In this document: piece after piece, positions 63,199 to 64,000 of the stretch | Layout of the letters: the number at the start of each line of letters is the position of its first letter | How positions within the stretch are numbered: the stretch's first letter is position 1 | Virus record (IMG/VR): IMGVR_UViG_3300020045_011333 | Coordinates: 1 to 64,000 of that record | Strand: one strand, 5' to 3' | DNA from: a virus | Length of the DNA: 64,000 nucleotides | The notes under the pieces: generated by a model | Seen by the model: the letters and a program-made list of their open reading frames with translations, nothing else | Databases searched by the model: none | What the model was told of the DNA's origin: nothing | Position numbers and translations under genes: made by a program

Positions 63199-64000
63199 AT
63201 GCCATTTAATTACTCTCATTTTAATGATAAAAACACACGTTCCTTTTTGAATAATTTTTATTCAAAATTAGGGACTACCACCTTTAATATGTCAAAATAT
63301 ATAACAAACCCACAAGGAGGCATCACGCCTCCACCAGTTGTTACATATTACGTTGATCCATCTGGTTCAGATACAAATGATGGGTTAACTCAAGCTACGG
63401 CTTGGCAAACAATTAGTAAAGTTAATAATAGTACGATCCCTGCGGGCGCTCATGTACTATTTAAAGGCGGAGCATCTTTCACAGGAGAGCTTTCACTTGT
63501 CTCTGGAAAGCATTTTGGAACCGTTTCAGGCCAGCCTACGGTATTTGGTAGTTATGGTGTTGGGAAAGCGACAATTCTTGCTGATTCTAATGCCGCAAAT
63601 GGTATTTCGGCATATAATCCTCAGCATTTAACGATACAAGACATCATCTGCATAGGAACTGGAACCACAGTTAGTAATTCTACAGGAGTTAAGGTAGAAA
63701 GTAATATTGGAGGTGGTATAAAGCATTCAGGCGTTTCATTACTACGATTAGAGGTTTCTCAATTTGGTATTGATGGTATTTCCGCGTATAGCACACATCC
63801 GACTGAAGTTTCAGGATTTAACGGCCTACTGATCGATGGATGTGTGGCGCACGACAACACTGGAAATACAATCACCAATTATGGATGCGGCATTACTATC
63901 CAAGGTAAGTACGGACTTCTTACTTATCCTATTGCTCACACAGCACCAATTGTTAGAAATTGTATCGCTTACAATAATACTGGTAAGCTAGGTCTAGGGA
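63199..64000 (+). CDS. right-handed beta-helix (pectate-lyase-like) tail spike/depolymerase, partial
   Basis: Open frame from ATG 63199 to the window end; TYYVDPSGSDTNDGLTQATAWQTISKVN...VLFKGG then beta-helix-like repeats. Confidence 0.75.
   Translation, partial: MPFNYSHFNDKNTRSFLNNFYSKLGTTTFNMSKYITNPQGGITPPPVVTYYVDPSGSDTNDGLTQATAWQTISKVNNSTIPAGAHVLFKGGASFTGELSLVSGKHFGTVSGQPTVFGSYGVGKATILADSNAANGISAYNPQHLTIQDIICIGTGTTVSNSTGVKVESNIGGGIKHSGVSLLRLEVSQFGIDGISAYSTHPTEVSGFNGLLIDGCVAHDNTGNTITNYGCGITIQGKYGLLTYPIAHTAPIVRNCIAYNNTGKLGLG

Noticed and set aside
1-64000. Prophage or lysogeny module, IS elements, rRNA
   Set aside because: No integrase, CI-like repressor, transposase or rRNA sequence recognised.

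Overview
AT-rich (about one-third GC by eye) segment of a large tailed phage genome with no integrase or repressor visible. The host is probably an alphaproteobacterium of the Rhizobiales type, judged from GAAC-N7-GAAC LexA boxes, a BTLCP peptidase and an iron-permease-family gene. Layout: (1) 1-32.3 kb, + strand: small accessory ORFs, DNA modification/repair genes (two methyltransferases, denV, thermonuclease, HD hydrolase) and dispersed tRNA or tRNA-like genes. (2) 32.3-40.4 kb, - strand: terminase small and large subunits, RuvC-like resolvase, HNH genes, pentapeptide protein. (3) 40.4-41.3 kb: non-coding repeat array. (4) 41.3-56.8 kb: early-type block of promoter+small-ORF cassettes. (5) 57.1-64 kb: virion/tail genes. 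The most striking unexplained signals are: a set of tRNA-derived RNAs that keep the acceptor stem and T-arm but have a replaced, displaced or missing anticodon domain; endonuclease genes whose stop codons abut tRNA CCA ends, one next to a group I intron-containing tRNA-Leu(UAA); two further structured ncRNA candidates; a polar CCCC-GTTA-GGGG hairpin motif that flips strand at the 41 kb array; three clustered LexA boxes; a fixed 5'-ATCGAAAC start on early transcripts; and a C5 methyltransferase split at a G7 tract. All RNA folds and protein family calls were made by eye without computation.
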